The position numbers were made by a program, and so were the translations under genes. Positions 62,787 to 64,000 of a stretch of 64,000 nucleotides of DNA are shown here, one piece after another. Below the pieces are notes generated by a model. The model saw only the letters and a list, made by a program, of their open reading frames with translations, was not told where the DNA came from and searched no databases. The stretch comes from Flavipsychrobacter sp. (GTDB taxonomy: Bacteria; Bacteroidota; Bacteroidia; Chitinophagales; Chitinophagaceae), in the NCBI GenBank assembly GCA_965228505.1, contig OZ245820.1:2681336-2745335 (forward strand), written 5' to 3'. Numbering within the stretch: position 1 is the first letter of the stretch; every line of letters starts with the position of its first letter.

Positions 62787-64000
62787 TTAACATTCAGGAA
62801 GACTTAAAGGGATATGAGTTTCTTCCTCTCCACGCACGTGAACTGCAAGGCCACCCTCAGCTGTCTCCTTATACTTCAGGTTCATATCCTGTGCGGTATC
62901 CCACATGCTTTTCACTACGTGGTCAAGTGACACTTTTGCGTTATCAGGATTACTCTGTAGTGCCAATTGCGATGCTGTTATCGCTTTTATAGCTCCCATT
63001 GTGTTACGTTCTATACAAGGCACTTGTACCAACCCGCCTACCGGGTCACATGTCAACCCCAGATGGTGTTCCATCGCTATTTCAGCAGCCATGAGTGCTT
63101 GTCTTATGTTACCACCCAAACCTTCTGTTAGTGCTGCTGCAGCCATAGATGCAGACACTCCGATCTCTGCCTGACAACCACCCATTGCTGCTGATATAGT
63201 AGCTCCTTTCTTAAAGATGCTACCTATCTCTGATGCTGTAAGCAAAAAGTTAATGATCTTCTCTTCGTCATTTCCATCATTAAAGATGATGTAGTACAGT
63301 AATACAGCAGGTATCACACCTGCAGCTCCGTTTGTAGGTGCCGTTACTACTCTCCCAAATGAGGCATTCTCTTCGTTGACAGCTAATGCAAAGCAGCTAA
63401 CCCAGTCAAGCGTATATTTAAAACTATTACCTTCTGCCTTGATCACGTCTACCCATTCATTATAATTACTATACGACTTACCATGCAACAACCTCGTATT
63501 CAGGTTGGCTGCCCTTCTTTTCACATGTAAACCTCCTGGCAACTCTCCTGTAACATGGCAACCTCTATAAATACAGTCGCGCATTACCTCCCATATCTTC
63601 AAAACTCCCTCTTTGGTTTTTTCTTCAGTACGCCATTCAGATTCATTTTCTAATACTATATCAGAGATGCTCAATCCGGTTTTACGTCCCCAATGCAAAA
63701 GGTCTTGTGCTTTTTCAATAGGGAAAGGTAACTCTACCTGTCCGTGTGCAATATTGTCTTCTGCCTCTTTTATTACAAAACCACCACCTATAGAATAAAA
63801 AGTTTCTGCGATTTCTTCTCCATTCTCAAATGATGCTAAAAAGGTTACCGCATTCGGATGAAAAGGCAAACTTTCCGTGTAAAGGAATTCAAGATCAACT
63901 TTCGGATCAAATACTAAGGTTTTCTCACCGGCAATAGTTATTTGTTTCTCTCTGTTTATCTGTTCTATCCTTGGGTCAACCTTATCTACTTCAAAAGTCA
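62787..64000 (-). CDS. sdaA: L-serine ammonia-lyase, iron-sulfur dependent, single-chain form (5' end beyond window)
   Basis: Alpha-domain motif [16 protein letters not shown]. The frame stays open upstream of the track start (TTG at 63869) to position 64000 in my own translation (...[49 protein letters not shown]), so the N-terminus lies outside the window. Confidence 0.85.
   Translation of the reverse strand, partial: TFEVDKVDPRIEQINREKQITIAGEKTLVFDPKVDLEFLYTESLPFHPNAVTFLASFENGEEIAETFYSIGGGFVIKEAEDNIAHGQVELPFPIEKAQDLLHWGRKTGLSISDIVLENESEWRTEEKTKEGVLKIWEVMRDCIYRGCHVTGELPGGLHVKRRAANLNTRLLHGKSYSNYNEWVDVIKAEGNSFKYTLDWVSCFALAVNEENASFGRVVTAPTNGAAGVIPAVLLYYIIFNDGNDEEKIINFLLTASEIGSIFKKGATISAAMGGCQAEIGVSASMAAAALTEGLGGNIRQALMAAEIAMEHHLGLTCDPVGGLVQVPCIERNTMGAIKAITASQLALQSNPDNAKVSLDHVVKSMWDTAQDMNLKYKETAEGGLAVHVRGEEETHIPLSLPEC

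Overview
This is a Bacteroidota-type chromosome segment. The evidence is two T9SS type-B C-terminal sorting domains, a GldB-like lipoprotein, a DUF1573 protein and a TTTG/TAnnTTTG promoter in front of a tRNA. The class looks Chitinophagia/Sphingobacteriia-like, but I cannot place it more precisely. No database search was possible, so all product calls come from motifs read in the supplied translations.

Most of the window is ordinary housekeeping DNA: nadE, purB, xerD, aroQ, fmt, mrdA-rodA, trpS, pepT, dapB, kdsA, sdaA, an ECF sigma module, a BlaI/BlaR1 pair, an ABC transporter, acyl-CoA ligase and DPP-IV. Two tandem paralogous ~1000-aa T9SS cargo proteins lie at 6.5-12.8 kb.

An accessory block sits at 30.3-43.5 kb and has two parts:
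- A ~10.4-kb integrative island is inserted in the 3' end of tRNA-Gln(UUG). It is bounded by a 23-nt direct repeat of the tRNA T-arm/acceptor end. It carries a complete Type I R-M operon (hsdM-hsdS-hsdR) plus an uncharacterised fourth gene, a Rep-like gene, an Xis-like HTH, an RteC-like gene and a tyrosine integrase.
- Directly beyond attR is a 2.8-kb, very AT-rich array of five small ORFs. Three are lipoprotein/secreted, one is acidic and cytoplasmic, and one is inverted. Three families of conserved intergenic repeats separate them, and one family has a second copy inside the R-M island.

This repeat-punctuated, recombinase-adjacent cassette-like array is my best candidate for an undescribed system. 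My reading of it as an acquired immunity/defence gene array is inference only. I saw no CRISPR array, rRNA or transposase.
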